A DNA stretch of 64,000 bases from Minisyncoccota bacterium (GCA_041674105.1 JBAYWK010000001.1:82190-146189); one strand, 5' to 3'; positions 39,552 to 48,569 are shown, counted from the first letter of the stretch. The notes: generated by a model not told the origin, from the letters alone. Numbers and translations are program-made.

Positions 39552-39728
39552 TTGTAGTATAGTCTAAGTATTATTGATTTTAATTTTATAACTGACAGTT
39601 TTAGTTTTTACCGATATTACCGACCAATCTAGAAACCACCGTAAGACAGAAACAAACCAAGATTCAATTTTTGATATAAACCGATAAGTTTTTAGACAAA
39701 ATCCGAAACGGGCAGTTATTACGAACAT

Positions 39729-41258
39729 ATGTCATTAAATATAGTAATGCTCTTTGTGGGTATTGCGATAGCAGCCGGTATTATACTAGGATATTATCTC
39801 CGTATACTTATCTCTCTGTCTCGCAAAGGCTCAATGGAGCTTAGGATAAAACAGATGGAGCTCCTTGCTAAAGACAAAGAGCAGACCATCATAGAAGAAG
39901 CTGAGAAGAAAGCCGAGGAAATAATAAAAGAGGCTAGAGGCGAAATAAAAGAAAAAGAGGAAAAGAATAAGAAAACAGAAGAAAGACTCATCAAAAAAGA
40001 GGAGCTTTTAGACCATAGACAAACAGATATAGACAAAGAGGTTGATGAAATAAAAAAGAGAATAGAAGAAATAAAAACCATTAGAGAGCATGCTGATAAA
40101 CTAGAAAAACAAAAACAAGAAGAACTACATAAGATTGGAAAACTGTCATCTGAAGAAGCCAAAGAAGAAATCTTTAAAATAGTGGAAAAGGAATCCGAGG
40201 AAAATATTATGACCAGAATGAAAAAACTGGAACTTTTGGGAGAAGAAACTTTGGAGCAAAAAGCTAAATCTATACTAGCTACATCTATTCAAAGACTGGC
40301 AAACTCTGTAACTTCAGATATGATGACTTCCCATGTTGCAATAGCTAGTGATGAGATAAAAGGTAAGGTTATAGGAAAAGAAGGTAGAAATATAAAAGCT
40401 TTTGAGAGAGCCACTGGTGTAGAGGTTATTGTAGACGATACACCCGGATCTATTACAATTTCATCTTTTGACCCTGTCCGTAGACAAATAGCTAAAGTAG
40501 CTCTAGAAAAACTCATCGCCGACGGTAGAATACAACCAGCTAAAATAGAAGAGATTGTTCAAAAAGCAGAAGACGATATAAACAAAATTATAAAAGAAAA
40601 AGGAGAACAAGCCGTCTATGAGACTGGTGTTTTGGGTCTAGACCCAAAAATAGTTTCTATTTTGGGAAGACTTCATTTTAGGACAAGCTACGGACAAAAC
40701 GTCTTGGCCCACTCTATAGAAATGAGTCACTTAGCCGGAATGATAGCTGAAGAGATTGGTGCAAATGTTATGGTGGCAAAAGCTGGAGCCCTAGTCCACG
40801 ATATAGGAAAAGCTGTTGACCATGAGGTTTCCGGTACTCATGTAGAAATTGGAAGAAGGATCCTCCAAAAATTTGGTGCAGATGAAGCTATTATAAAAGC
40901 AATGCAATCTCACCACGAAGAATACCCTTATGAAACAATAGAATCTATTATTGTTCAGACTGCCGACGCTATATCTGGAGGCCGTCCAGGAGCTAGAAGA
41001 GACAGTATAGAAAACTACCTAAAAAGATTATCCGACTTAGAAGCCGTAGCTAGCTCGTTTTCAGGTGTAGAAAAAGCTTATGCTCTACAAGCAGGTAGAG
41101 AAATAAGGATATTTGTTAACCCAGGAGAGATTTCTGATCTTGAATCAAAGAAAATGGCCAGAGATATTGCTATCAGAATTGAAAAAGAACTAAAATATCC
41201 GGGTGAAATAAAAGTCTTGGTTATCAGAGAATCTAGAATCATAGAATTTGCACGATAA
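39729..41258 (+). CDS. rny: Ribonuclease Y
   Basis: N-terminal TM, coiled coil, KH (IGKEGRNI), HD (HDIGK), DAISGGRPGAR. Confidence 0.98.
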   Translation: MSLNIVMLFVGIAIAAGIILGYYLRILISLSRKGSMELRIKQMELLAKDKEQTIIEEAEKKAEEIIKEARGEIKEKEEKNKKTEERLIKKEELLDHRQTDIDKEVDEIKKRIEEIKTIREHADKLEKQKQEELHKIGKLSSEEAKEEIFKIVEKESEENIMTRMKKLELLGEETLEQKAKSILATSIQRLANSVTSDMMTSHVAIASDEIKGKVIGKEGRNIKAFERATGVEVIVDDTPGSITISSFDPVRRQIAKVALEKLIADGRIQPAKIEEIVQKAEDDINKIIKEKGEQAVYETGVLGLDPKIVSILGRLHFRTSYGQNVLAHSIEMSHLAGMIAEEIGANVMVAKAGALVHDIGKAVDHEVSGTHVEIGRRILQKFGADEAIIKAMQSHHEEYPYETIESIIVQTADAISGGRPGARRDSIENYLKRLSDLEAVASSFSGVEKAYALQAGREIRIFVNPGEISDLESKKMARDIAIRIEKELKYPGEIKVLVIRESRIIEFAR

Positions 41259-41370
41259 AAGATACAACTAGTCAATATATTGCTTTAAAGAACCCTTGGT
41301 ATATAATACTTTAATAGTAGATAGTTATTAGTCGATGGGTTATTAATCAATTTTTAAAACAATTTTCACC

Positions 41371-41643
41371 ATGAATAAAGCATCAATTGTAGAAGCGGTC
41401 CACGCAAAACTTGGAGGAACAAAAGTTTCTGCAGAAGAAGTAGTAGATTTAGTTATAGATTCTATTATTTCTACCCTTAAAAAAGGAGGAGAAGTTTCAA
41501 TTGCAGGACTTGGTATATTTTCAACAAAACTAAGAGCCGCAAGACAAGCTAGAAACCCTAGAACAGGTGAGACTATTTCAGTCCCATCTATGAAGGTTCC
41601 AAAATTTAGAGCAGCTAAAGGTCTAAAAGATGCTGTAAAATAA
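41371..41643 (+). CDS. hup: DNA-binding protein HU
   Basis: MNKAS..., GLGIF, RQARNPRTGE, KFRAAKGLKDAV. Confidence 0.97.
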   Translation: MNKASIVEAVHAKLGGTKVSAEEVVDLVIDSIISTLKKGGEVSIAGLGIFSTKLRAARQARNPRTGETISVPSMKVPKFRAAKGLKDAVK

Positions 41644-41667
41644 GAATTTTAGACATTTGAGTACAAA

Positions 41668-41701
41668 CAACTTAAAAACCCCGATAGGGGTTTTTAAGTT
41701 G
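41668..41701. terminator. Bidirectional terminator
   Basis: CAACTTAAAAACCCC-GATA-GGGGTTTTTAAGTTG between convergent genes. Confidence 0.85.
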
Positions 41702-41721
41702 GGTAGAGTTTTTAATATAAC

Positions 41722-42204
41722 TTAAAATTTATTTATCTCTTCTTTAGTAAGATTAATTGTGATTGGTGTAGTTTTTTTATTTATTCCTTCCATATTCTTA
41801 CATGTCACGATAACTATAAGAGCACCAAATGAAATTATTACAAGAGAACTAAGTGTTTTGTACTGTACATCTTTATCTTTAATCACTTCCCAAATAGATA
41901 GTACACCCAACAAAGCAAGAATCGAAACAGAAACTATCAGTAAAAAAACTGTTACTTTACGAATTTCGGTCCATACAGGACTGGGTTTTTCTTCAATATC
42001 ACTACTGTTTTTATAACTATTGATAATATGGTCACCTGCCGCTATGATTATCATTGACACAATAGCAAGTAAACCTAATGTTTTAAATGATTTCCATATT
42101 ACATCTTCACCAAATACATCCCAAACTCCCATAATTGATATTAATGATAAAACTGCTACTGCAAATATAAAGAAGTAGGCAGACGCACTTTTTATTGATT
42201 TCAT
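41722..42204 (-). CDS. 4-TM membrane protein built from two similar halves
   Basis: ..IMGVWDVFGEDVIWKSFKTL.. versus ..VLSIWEVIKDKDVQYKTLSSL.. Confidence 0.75.
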   Translation of the reverse strand: MKSIKSASAYFFIFAVAVLSLISIMGVWDVFGEDVIWKSFKTLGLLAIVSMIIIAAGDHIINSYKNSSDIEEKPSPVWTEIRKVTVFLLIVSVSILALLGVLSIWEVIKDKDVQYKTLSSLVIISFGALIVIVTCKNMEGINKKTTPITINLTKEEINKF

Positions 42205-42246
42205 GGGTTTATTATAAACAACTATATTTATAAAGTCTATTGGTCG

Positions 42247-42867
42247 TTATCCACTTGATTTAGGGTGCGACTTAGAGAGGATGTTAGAACTGTATTTTTG
42301 AACAATTACAAAAGTTGTAAAATTTTGAGTGTCGTCTTGTAAATTTTTAGCCATAATTTCTAGTCCGTAATTTTCTGCTAATATTTCTGGGCCAATGACA
42401 GCTATGTCGTCTCCCAGCTTATCTTTTGATAGCTCCTCCGCAATTTTTGCATGATCAATCATCTCACCTGTTCCTATTATTTTTTCTAAGTCTGGAAATA
42501 ATTTTTGAATATTTAATTTACACTGTTTAAATCCTTGAGGATGAGCCATTATCTTTTTAATATCACTGTTTCCAGCTTTCTTTTTTCTCATGAGAAAATG
42601 AGCGATGGGAAATCTATACCAATCAGTAATTTCAAATTTATATTTACCAAGTTCTGCCGCTGTTTCTTCCACCAACCCACCTAAAGTATTATAAATTCCA
42701 AACTGTCCTAAATCTATCTCCCTATTTTCAAGAGATGATAAGACATTTTTGGTTGTATGTAAAAACTGAATTTCAAAATCATTTAGATTGTGTTCATTTG
42801 CATATTTAAGCCAACCTTGATGGTTAAAACTACCTTTCCCTCCCTGTATACCAACTTTTTTATTCAT
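42247..42867 (-). CDS. Prephenate dehydratase catalytic domain only (no ACT domain)
   Basis: QGGKGSFNH, YNTLGGLV, AHPQGFKQC, LQDDTQNFTTF. Confidence 0.8.
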   Translation of the reverse strand: MNKKVGIQGGKGSFNHQGWLKYANEHNLNDFEIQFLHTTKNVLSSLENREIDLGQFGIYNTLGGLVEETAAELGKYKFEITDWYRFPIAHFLMRKKKAGNSDIKKIMAHPQGFKQCKLNIQKLFPDLEKIIGTGEMIDHAKIAEELSKDKLGDDIAVIGPEILAENYGLEIMAKNLQDDTQNFTTFVIVQKYSSNILSKSHPKSSG

Positions 42868-42978
42868 ACTAAAATCTTACCATGGTTCTTAGATCCCGTC
42901 CGGATAAAAATAAAGTTATAATTATGACTCTATCTTTTTCGATGCGTGAGATATTGAATGAAATTGGAACCGAGTCTA

Positions 42979-43596
42979 TTAATGTAACCTGTCAACCTCC
43001 CAAACCCTGCCAAAAATACTCCATCGTTCTAATATTTCTTTTTTACTTAATTTCATAAAATATCTATTATCTTCAGTCATCCTTTCATAATTTAAATGAG
43101 GAACCTTGTGAGTATCAAAAACATACAGATTATCTTCGTCATATCCATACACAAACATCACGTGATCCAATAAGCCAAAAAATCCTAGGGATATGTCTAT
43201 TCCTGTAGCAGATCCATTTTCAATATTATGTTCAATTATTTTGATAGCATTATCGTAAGTCATCCTAGAAAACAATATGGATTCAAAAAAATCAAAAAAA
43301 TCATTTATCATGTGACTATTTATCTTCAGAACTAGATCATTTTCTTTTAAAAACCCAGGAAGCTTATAGAATTGTAACTGAGTCCACGCTAAAAATGCCG
43401 GCAAAGAAAAACCAAACGAATTAGATCTTTCTATTTCCACTATACTGCAATCTATAGGGTTAAATTTTCTAGGTAGATAGTAATTAAGAGCGTAATACAT
43501 AAAATCTCTACCGCATTTATTTTTAACAGTAGCACCATTGATTTTTTCTCTTTGGACAAAACCAGTACTATTTATTTCAACAGGTAAAGAAATCAT
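42979..43596 (-). CDS. Papain-fold (C39-like) peptidase-like protein
   Basis: Q...NKCG, DHVMFVYGYD, YVFD (putative Cys-His-Asp). Confidence 0.55.
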   Translation of the reverse strand: MISLPVEINSTGFVQREKINGATVKNKCGRDFMYYALNYYLPRKFNPIDCSIVEIERSNSFGFSLPAFLAWTQLQFYKLPGFLKENDLVLKINSHMINDFFDFFESILFSRMTYDNAIKIIEHNIENGSATGIDISLGFFGLLDHVMFVYGYDEDNLYVFDTHKVPHLNYERMTEDNRYFMKLSKKEILERWSIFGRVWEVDRLH

Positions 43597-43637
43597 TATT
43601 AAATTATATCAAAAACAGATTCTAACTAGTACGTTTT

Positions 43638-43823
43638 TGTGCGGGTAGGGAGAATCGGTCAGGAATAATTTTGATTCCGTCGAATCAAAATTTTCACGAC
43701 CCTGACTCGCGACCCATCGTGCTCGATGGGTACCCCGCTCCGTCTTTCGATTCTCTACGCAAAGCCATACTATGGCTTTGCTCTAACCGCATAAGCGAAA
43801 AGCGCCCTAAGGTGCCTTTCGTC
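43638..43823 (-). other. Structured element appended to tRNA-Gly(UCC), ending in a 20-bp repeat of the tRNA 3' end
   Basis: 43638-43657 equals 43824-43843; internal antisense to the tRNA 3' half; core shared with 48274-48412. Confidence 0.8.
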
Positions 43824-43825
43824 TG

Positions 43826-43896
43826 TGCGGGTAGGGAGAATCGAACTCCCGTATACTGCTTGGAAGGCAGTCATTCTACCACTAAACTATACCCGC
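43826..43896 (-). tRNA. tRNA-Gly (UCC), CCA not encoded
   Basis: GCGGGTA/TACCCGC acceptor stem, CTGC..TTCCA..GCAG anticodon arm, TTCGATT T-loop. Confidence 0.95.
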
Positions 43897-43944
43897 AAAT
43901 TTAAAACATAGTTAATATATCAAAAAAAACCGTCCTCTGCAATT

Positions 43945-44131
43945 TAGAGCCTATCTCCAATCTCGCATCAGAATAAAATGCCAAAATTTTCAGGCAAAAA
44001 TCAAACTGGAAGCCGAAGTGTATTGATATACAATAAGGATGAAGTGAAGGTTTTTGACGGAAATTTTGCTATTTTAACTAATGAGCTATATTCTTAGCTC
44101 TTTTTTGTGTCGAGATTGGAGATAGGCTCTA
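43945..44131. mobile_element. MITE-like element with 21-bp perfect terminal inverted repeats (TA ends)
   Basis: TAGAGCCTATCTCCAATCTCG ... CGAGATTGGAGATAGGCTCTA; interior resembles repeat family A. Confidence 0.7.
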
Positions 44132-44150
44132 TGATGATATAATACTAAAT

Positions 44151-45302
44151 ATGTTAACTAATCTTATAAAAATTAGTTTATTTTTTTCTCTAGCTATACT
44201 TGTATGGTTTATATATCCTAGAGAAGTAAATAAAAACCTACCTGTAGTAGGAGAAGAATTGAAGATAGAATTCCCCGAAGAAACCTTTGATACAGACACA
44301 GTTTTAGAAGAAAAAGTTAAAACTGAAAACCAAACAAAAGAAGAAAATAAAGCTAAACCTACTGTAGAAAAAATTGAAGTAGTGTCGAAAAAAACTTCGT
44401 CAGATAACCAAAATCCAGTAAACTCAGAACAACCAAAAAATACCAACTCAACAAAAGAGTCGGGAGATTTTGTAGAATTGAATGAGAAATCCAGAAAATC
44501 AATCGTAAATATCTTGTGTAAAACAAATGGAAATGACCTTTCTACTATTACAGGCACAGGAGTTATCATAGATCCTCGTGGAATAATCCTTACAAATGCT
44601 CATATAGGACAATACTTCCTTTTGAAAGATTTTAAATTCAAAAACTTTGTAGAATGTACTATTCGCACAGGAGAACCTGCTTATCCAAAATACGAAGCTG
44701 AGCTAGTATATATTTCTCCAGAATGGGTAGAGGCAAACAAATCAATACTAACGGAAGAAAATCCTAAAGGCACAGGCGAATATGATTTTGCTTTTCTTAG
44801 AATAACCAAGGCTATAGATGGAACCGTACTACCTTCATTTGATTATATAAAACCTGACACAAGAGAAATAATAGATGAAGGAGAACCTGTCTTACTAGCC
44901 TCCTACCCTGCCGGATTCCTTGGAAGTATTTCTGTTATCCAAGGACTATACATAACCAGTGCAGTCACAACTGTTCAAAAAATATTTACATTTAAAGAGA
45001 CAACTATTGATTTACTTTCAGTTGGAGGAACTGTTTTGTCACAAAAAGGATCTTCAGGTGGAGCCGTAATAGACCGATACGGTAAACTTATTGGTCTAAT
45101 TTCTACAAGTTCAGATGGAGACACCACAAGTGAAAGAGACCTACGAGCTATCACAATGACTCATATAAACAGAAGTTTAAAAGAGTCTTTTGGTGGTTTA
45201 AACTCTTTCCTTGGTCTAAATATGGAAACTACAGCAGACATTTTCAAAAAAACACTCTTCCCTTCCCTTTCACAACTTATAATAAATGAATTGAAAAAAT
45301 AA
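44151..45302 (+). CDS. Membrane-anchored trypsin-like serine protease
   Basis: LTNAH, DFAFL, GSSGG triad; N-terminal TM. Confidence 0.9.
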   Translation: MLTNLIKISLFFSLAILVWFIYPREVNKNLPVVGEELKIEFPEETFDTDTVLEEKVKTENQTKEENKAKPTVEKIEVVSKKTSSDNQNPVNSEQPKNTNSTKESGDFVELNEKSRKSIVNILCKTNGNDLSTITGTGVIIDPRGIILTNAHIGQYFLLKDFKFKNFVECTIRTGEPAYPKYEAELVYISPEWVEANKSILTEENPKGTGEYDFAFLRITKAIDGTVLPSFDYIKPDTREIIDEGEPVLLASYPAGFLGSISVIQGLYITSAVTTVQKIFTFKETTIDLLSVGGTVLSQKGSSGGAVIDRYGKLIGLISTSSDGDTTSERDLRAITMTHINRSLKESFGGLNSFLGLNMETTADIFKKTLFPSLSQLIINELKK

Positions 45303-45378
45303 TTAGACTTCTTTAAAAAATAGATAAAATTGTGCTAGTTAGAGAAATTTTTAACGACAGAGATATATGGTAATTGTG

Positions 45379-45504
45379 AAAAACTTAACAGTTTGGATGA
45401 AGTCCTAGGCGGATAAGAAAAATAATTTGAGCCTGCCTTGGATGCGCAGGCTCAAATTATTTTTTGAAATCCAACAACGGAATTCGCCAAACTGTTAAGT
45501 TTTT
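45379..45504. repeat. 126-bp palindromic repeat family B, copy 1
   Basis: AAAAACTTAACAGTTTGG/CCAAACTGTTAAGTTTTT; about 5 differences from 56737-56862. Confidence 0.9.
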
Positions 45505-45811
45505 ATTTAAAATTTTTACCATTCTCAGAACTTATCTGAACTATCATCTGAAAATTATCCTCTTTAACAGCCTTATTTGGCTTCTCTAGACCACATTTAG
45601 TGCATTTGTGTATGATTGTGTACTCTTTACCTTTTTTCTCAATTCTGATGGGTTCCATCATACCAAAACAAACAGACTCTCTGTCCCCTGGGTCAATGTC
45701 TACATGTTTAGACCAAAGACAATTTGGACAATGGTTTGTATAACCTGTACCTAAAACCTCGGTTCCGCACTTCTCGCAAACAAAATTTTCTTTTGTACGT
45801 TTGAAAGTCAT
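45503..45811 (-). CDS. RNHCP domain protein
   Basis: FVCEKCG, TNHCPNCLWSKHVD..PGDR, HKCTKCG. Confidence 0.92.
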   Translation of the reverse strand: MTFKRTKENFVCEKCGTEVLGTGYTNHCPNCLWSKHVDIDPGDRESVCFGMMEPIRIEKKGKEYTIIHKCTKCGLEKPNKAVKEDNFQMIVQISSENGKNFK

Positions 45812-45839
45812 ACTAGTTTTTATATAAATATCAAAAATA

Positions 45840-46946
45840 TTATTCTTTTCTGCTCCACTTCATTTTATCAGAAGCCTTAAACATTTCCGAATCATTCTCA
45901 CCTTCTACAAGTTCATATATTTTAAAAGAATCTGAGTTTACTTCACTTATAATAGAATTATACTCTTCAGGGTCTATATATAGATTGTCCTCAGTGTCTA
46001 TGTATGGATTATAAATATCATCCAAGTATCTTTTCACATAATCTAAGTGGTTTACCCCATAAATAAAAGCTATTTTTCTGTGCCCTCCCATAGATAATTC
46101 TTGAATTGACCTAGCTAATTTTAAATCTCTAGCTCTCTCAGTCATCATACCTTTACGAAAATTAACATTTTCTTCTTCTACTTTTTCCATTGTTGTCTGT
46201 GGAGGAGATTCAGTCAATTTATCAGCTGATACAGCTACGGCAAGCCCTGTTACAGATAAAAACATTCCTTCCAAAAAAGATCTTCGGCTAATTGGTTCTT
46301 TAAAATCTTTAATGAACTTAGCTACTCCAGATAGAGTCAATGCTATAGACCCTGTATACAACCCTAATTTTTTTAAATTTGCTATTTTTTGATCATTTTC
46401 TTCTGCCATTTTAGAAAAGAAATAATCATCTTGTAATATACCTTCGGTATTCTTACTCCATCTTATATCAGCTGTTGCCATCTCCTTTCCATACTTAGCG
46501 GCCAAGAGTTCTACTTCATGATGAAAAACCCCCATATTAGAAACTCTTTCATATTTTAGATACATTTGTCTGAGTTGTTCTAGATTATAATTTTCATTAT
46601 ATTTTGATCTAATTTTTTTTAACTCTTCAATTTGTCCTTTACTATAAACACCTTGAGCTTCTGGAGCAAATTCATTTATGATGATATCACTATTTTTAAT
46701 AGATTCTTCTATTTTATCTCTAAAATAAAGAAATGTTTCTGGTACATGACTTACACCGATAGCCACAATTTCTGTTTCATTAAATTTCCAATTTTCAATT
46801 TTAAAACTAGCTTCAATTTCTTCTTGTGTGTATAGAGGATTTTCTTTAATTTCGTTATCAAACTCAATAGAATGTTGACTTACTTTTTCAAAGATATTTT
46901 CTTTGTTCTCATTACTATCATTAAATTGTTCAAATTTAATTTGCAT
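45840..46946 (-). CDS. TraB/GumN (TIKI)-like protein with internal twin-Arg-like motif
   Basis: IGVSH, IINE, RDLKLA, IYGVNH; internal SRRSFL plus hydrophobic segment. Confidence 0.55.
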   Translation of the reverse strand: MQIKFEQFNDSNENKENIFEKVSQHSIEFDNEIKENPLYTQEEIEASFKIENWKFNETEIVAIGVSHVPETFLYFRDKIEESIKNSDIIINEFAPEAQGVYSKGQIEELKKIRSKYNENYNLEQLRQMYLKYERVSNMGVFHHEVELLAAKYGKEMATADIRWSKNTEGILQDDYFFSKMAEENDQKIANLKKLGLYTGSIALTLSGVAKFIKDFKEPISRRSFLEGMFLSVTGLAVAVSADKLTESPPQTTMEKVEEENVNFRKGMMTERARDLKLARSIQELSMGGHRKIAFIYGVNHLDYVKRYLDDIYNPYIDTEDNLYIDPEEYNSIISEVNSDSFKIYELVEGENDSEMFKASDKMKWSRKE

Positions 46947-47002
46947 GCTTATATTTTAGCAAATTCCTTCAATTGCGCATTATTTTCTTAATTTTCATCT
47001 TG

Positions 47003-47210
47003 TCGGGGCGCCGAGAATCGAACTCGGGCCACATCCCTTCGGGCCACAGAAACATAATATGTTTCTGGAATTATTTGAAACTAGGTCGGGGTGCCGAGAA
47101 TCGAACTCGGGCCGCATGTTCCCAAAACATGAATACTACCTCTATACTACACCCCGACGCAATTTCAAATAATTCCCCAAAAATGCATACTACCTCTATA
47201 CTACACCCCG
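47003..47210 (-). tRNA. Split/interrupted tRNA-Pro (GGG): 5' part 47175-47210, 3' part 47003-47037, 137-nt intervening sequence in the anticodon loop
   Basis: Joined parts give a 71-nt cloverleaf (CGGGGTG/CGCCCCG, CATTT/GGATG, TTCGATT). Confidence 0.7.
47086..47156 (-). tRNA. tRNA-Pro (UGG), intact, nested inside the interrupted tRNA-Pro
   Basis: CGGGGTG/CACCCCG; CATGT-TTTGGGA-ACATG; CCGAG-TTCGATT-CTCGG. Confidence 0.93.
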
Positions 47211-47253
47211 AATATAACAATTAGAAGTCTACCATAAATAATATAAATAACAA

Positions 47254-47664
47254 TTACAAGATAATATCTTCTAACATATCTATATCTAAAAGGTTTTTTT
47301 CTTTATCCAAATAGACAGTAATCACATCAAACTGCCAATCTGTTTCATCTGAAACATCTTTTTCTAGTAAATAAGACTGGATTATTCTACTCAGTCTTTG
47401 TAGTTTCCAAGGATGAATATTGTCTTCAGGCCTATATTCATCCTTATTATTCAAATACCCTATTTCACGGGAAACAGTTTTAACTTCAATAAAATGAATA
47501 ACCTCCCCTTTTTTGACAATAATATCTATCTCTCCCCATTTTTTATAATAGTTTCTTTCTATCACTTTGAAACCTTTGTCCTTTATAAATTTACAAGCAA
47601 GATCCTCTCCTTTTACACCTACAATCTGTCTATCTGTTGGATTTTTAATATCCTTGTTATACAT
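47254..47664 (-). CDS. yraN: YraN family (UPF0102) putative endonuclease
   Basis: GVKGEDLA, ERNY..WGEIDII, FIEVKT, QFDVI. Confidence 0.93.
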   Translation of the reverse strand: MYNKDIKNPTDRQIVGVKGEDLACKFIKDKGFKVIERNYYKKWGEIDIIVKKGEVIHFIEVKTVSREIGYLNNKDEYRPEDNIHPWKLQRLSRIIQSYLLEKDVSDETDWQFDVITVYLDKEKNLLDIDMLEDIIL

Positions 47665-47907
47665 GAAACTATTTGTTTAGGTTTAACTTACCCTAAAGTA
47701 TAGCAAATCAAGCCAGGAATTGGCCATTAAGTTTCATGTATAACACTTTAGAGTTTTCACGTGAAACACTTATGTATTTCATTAAAAAAGGACACTAAGA
47801 AAGGCTGTCTGTTTTTGATAAAGCTATATTCAAAGCCATATAATGTTTAATAGACTTAGCGCTTCTCTTATAAGTCTTAAAACTCAAGATCTTGTCCTTA
47901 ATACACA

Positions 47908-47927
47908 TTTCCACAGGGTTATCCACA
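47908..47927 (+). promoter_or_regulatory. Tandem DnaA boxes (one perfect, one degenerate)
   Basis: TTTCCACA-GGG-TTATCCACA in an AT-rich intergenic region. Confidence 0.55.
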
Positions 47928-48154
47928 TATATATGGTAATATGTTGCATAATACTAGTTCTCGAGATTACGAGATTTGACTAAAACAAAGGTTTTTTTAA
48001 AGAGATTAGGAAATAAGAGATAAATTATAATATAAGATTATAAAGGACATTTGAGTAAGGAGAACCGAAGCTAAGATAATTTCCTCGACGTCTAAGGGAG
48101 AATGAGTCACAAAAGTATAGTCTTAAAATGATTCGCGTTTTAATCCTTATTTTG

Positions 48155-48225
48155 TGCGGGTAGGGAGAATCGAACTCCCGTCTCATCCTTGGCAAGGATG
48201 TGTTCTACCACTAAACCATACCCGC
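48155..48225 (-). tRNA. tRNA-Gly (GCC), CCA not encoded
   Basis: GCGGGTA/TACCCGC; CATCC-TTGCCAA-GGATG. Confidence 0.95.
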
Positions 48226-48273
48226 GAACTTGATTATTATACACGAGCAAAAAATAAAAACAAAATTGGAAGA

Positions 48274-48412
48274 TCTTGTGGTCACAAGTAATTTTGGTTC
48301 CGTATAACCAAAATTCTTTCGACCCCACTTCGCCTGTTTTTCTGGTTAAAAACATGGCTCCGGCCGGCACAAGTATCAAAAAACATGGAGCAGTCCATAT
48401 TTTTCTGTCTTG
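48274..48412 (-). other. Structured element appended to tRNA-Arg(UCG)
   Basis: Antisense CTTGTGCC to the tRNA end; CGGAGC..GCGA..GGGTCG..TGACC core shared with 43638-43823. Confidence 0.75.
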
Positions 48413-48484
48413 TGCCCCCGCCAGGAATTGAACCCAGATCAACGGTTCCGAAGACCGCTACTTTATCCGTTAAGCTACGGGGGC
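48413..48484 (-). tRNA. tRNA-Arg (UCG), CCA not encoded
   Basis: GCCCCCG/CGGGGGC; GCGGT-CTTCGGA-ACCGT; TTCAATT. Confidence 0.94.
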
Positions 48485-48569
48485 AATACTAATATCATAT
48501 ATGTTTTCAAACTGGTTTACTAGTAGTAGCTTTATAAAATATAGCTAAAATGATAGTATTATTTTTGAT

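Noticed and set aside
45379-45504. Hammerhead ribozyme in repeat family B
   Set aside because: It has GGATGAAG rather than CUGAUGA, and no properly placed GAAA/NUH three-stem core
43671-48442. ORFs 43671-43904, 46973-47224 and 48140-48442
   Set aside because: They overlap tRNA genes and their trailers, so they are shadow ORFs
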